A stretch of 50,025 nt of DNA. Source: Macrostomum lignano (Eukaryota). How positions within the stretch are numbered: position 1 is the stretch's first letter; each line of letters begins with the position of its first letter. A model generated the notes under the pieces. It did not search any database. It was not told the origin of the DNA and saw only the letters and a list, made by a program, of their open reading frames with translations. The DNA is taken from the NCBI GenBank assembly GCA_002269645.1, contig NIVC01004334.1, forward strand, positions 1-50,025. Direction: 5' to 3'. This document shows positions 48,841 through 50,025 of the stretch, piece after piece. The position numbers and the translations under genes are program-made.

Positions 48841-49239
48841 GTACTTAACTTAATATTCCGGGAGTCATCATATTAGTTATATACAATTATTTATTGACAT
48901 ATTTATGCGCCCATTCGCACGAAATCGTCGATAGACTGATATAATTTTATTATAACCGTATAAACAAGATATGTTTCCCGGCTAAATCTGTGTATGCTCG
49001 TATTCCTTAATAATCTAAGTCTGATTAGTCTTGTCTCCGTTGTAACAATTGCTTGCTTGTCTGTAACTTGCGATGCACAAAACATGTTAATCGTTTGAGC
49101 TATCGAACGTAATTTGAAGTCATATTTTTATAATAATTAAACAGAATCGTCTTTGAAATTTCAAATAATTGAAGTGCCAGGTCGTCTGCTGCACTTGCAG
49201 ATTGTGGGCTTGGATTCAGTTAACGAGAGAGGTGAGTAG

Positions 49240-50025
49240 GTGGAATGTAATGATGGGATGAGGGTGAGATGCAACGATGGGATGAGGGGTGGGATGCAAC
49301 GATGGGATGAGGGGTGGGATGCAATGATGGGATGAGGGGTGGATATGCAATGGGGATGAGGGTGGGATGCAACGATGGGATGAGGGGTGGGATGCAATGA
49401 TGGGATGAGGGTGGGATGCAAGGATGGGATGAGGGTGGGATGCAATGATGGGATGAGGGGTGGGATGCAAGGATGGGATGAGAGTGGGATGCAAGGATGG
49501 GATGAGGGTGGGATGCAAGGATGGGATGAGGGGTGGGATGCAAGGATGGGATGTTGGTGGGATGCAAGGATGGGATGTTGTGTGGGATGCAAGGATGGGA
49601 TGTTGGGTGGGATGCAAGGATGGGATGTTGGTGGGATGCAAGGATGGGATGTGTGGTATGCAAGGATGGATGAGGGTGGGATGCAAGGATGGGATGTGTG
49701 GTATGCAAGGATGGGATGAGGGTGGGATGCAAGGATGGGATGCTGGGTGGGATGCAAGGATGGGATGAGGGTGGGATGCAAGGATGGGATGTTGGGTGGG
49801 ATGCAATGATGGGATGAGGGTGGGATGCAAGGATGGGATGAGGTTGGGATGCAAGGATGATGTGTGGTATGCAAGGATGGGATGAGGGTGGGATGCAAGG
49901 ATGGGATGTGTGGGTATGCAAGGATGGGATGAGGGTGGGATGCAAGGATGGGATGTTGGGTGGGATGCAAGGATGGGATGAGGTGTGGTATGCAAGGATG
50001 GGATGGGGTGGGATGCAAGGATGGG
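49240..50025. repeat. 24/25-bp G-rich minisatellite GATGGGATGAGGGTGGGATGCAAG, runs off the window
   Basis: Direct reading. Confidence 0.95.

Overview
Eukaryotic (metazoan) genomic DNA; no prokaryotic, CRISPR or rRNA features were seen. GC-rich compact exons sit among micro/minisatellites that cover roughly a quarter of the window by hand tally. That style suggests a marine invertebrate such as the flatworm Macrostomum, but this is inference only. Genes: an intronless 5-EC cadherin (-), FAM221A (-, 2 coding exons), an M28/glutamate-carboxypeptidase-II-like peptidase (+, 2 exons, one 1-nt frameshift), a GM2-activator (ML domain) gene (+), a secreted Cys-rich/mucin-like ORF whose repeats are RFX X-box sequences (+), and a tandem-C2 synaptotagmin-like gene over about 33.9-47.6 kb (+, one 1-nt frameshift). 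The most striking structure is at 20.9-27.6 kb: four diverged members of one APE-type, RTE-like LINE family stacked head-to-tail on the minus strand, each starting in the (GAA/GAT/TAT)n tail of the previous one. The longest copy carries a 2A-like 'TIEKNPGP' motif just before the endonuclease and a run of C-terminal zinc fingers. One copy appears to be a short non-autonomous 5'+3' fusion. Also present: a 1.44-kb foldback element with ~605-bp arms in a synaptotagmin intron, a hAT-type MITE with an 8-bp TSD, a tRNA-headed SINE, a Gypsy relic, and intronic minisatellites built from splice-site-like units. Most long ORFs in the supplied track are artefacts of tandem repeats. All family assignments come from motif recognition by eye, not database searches.
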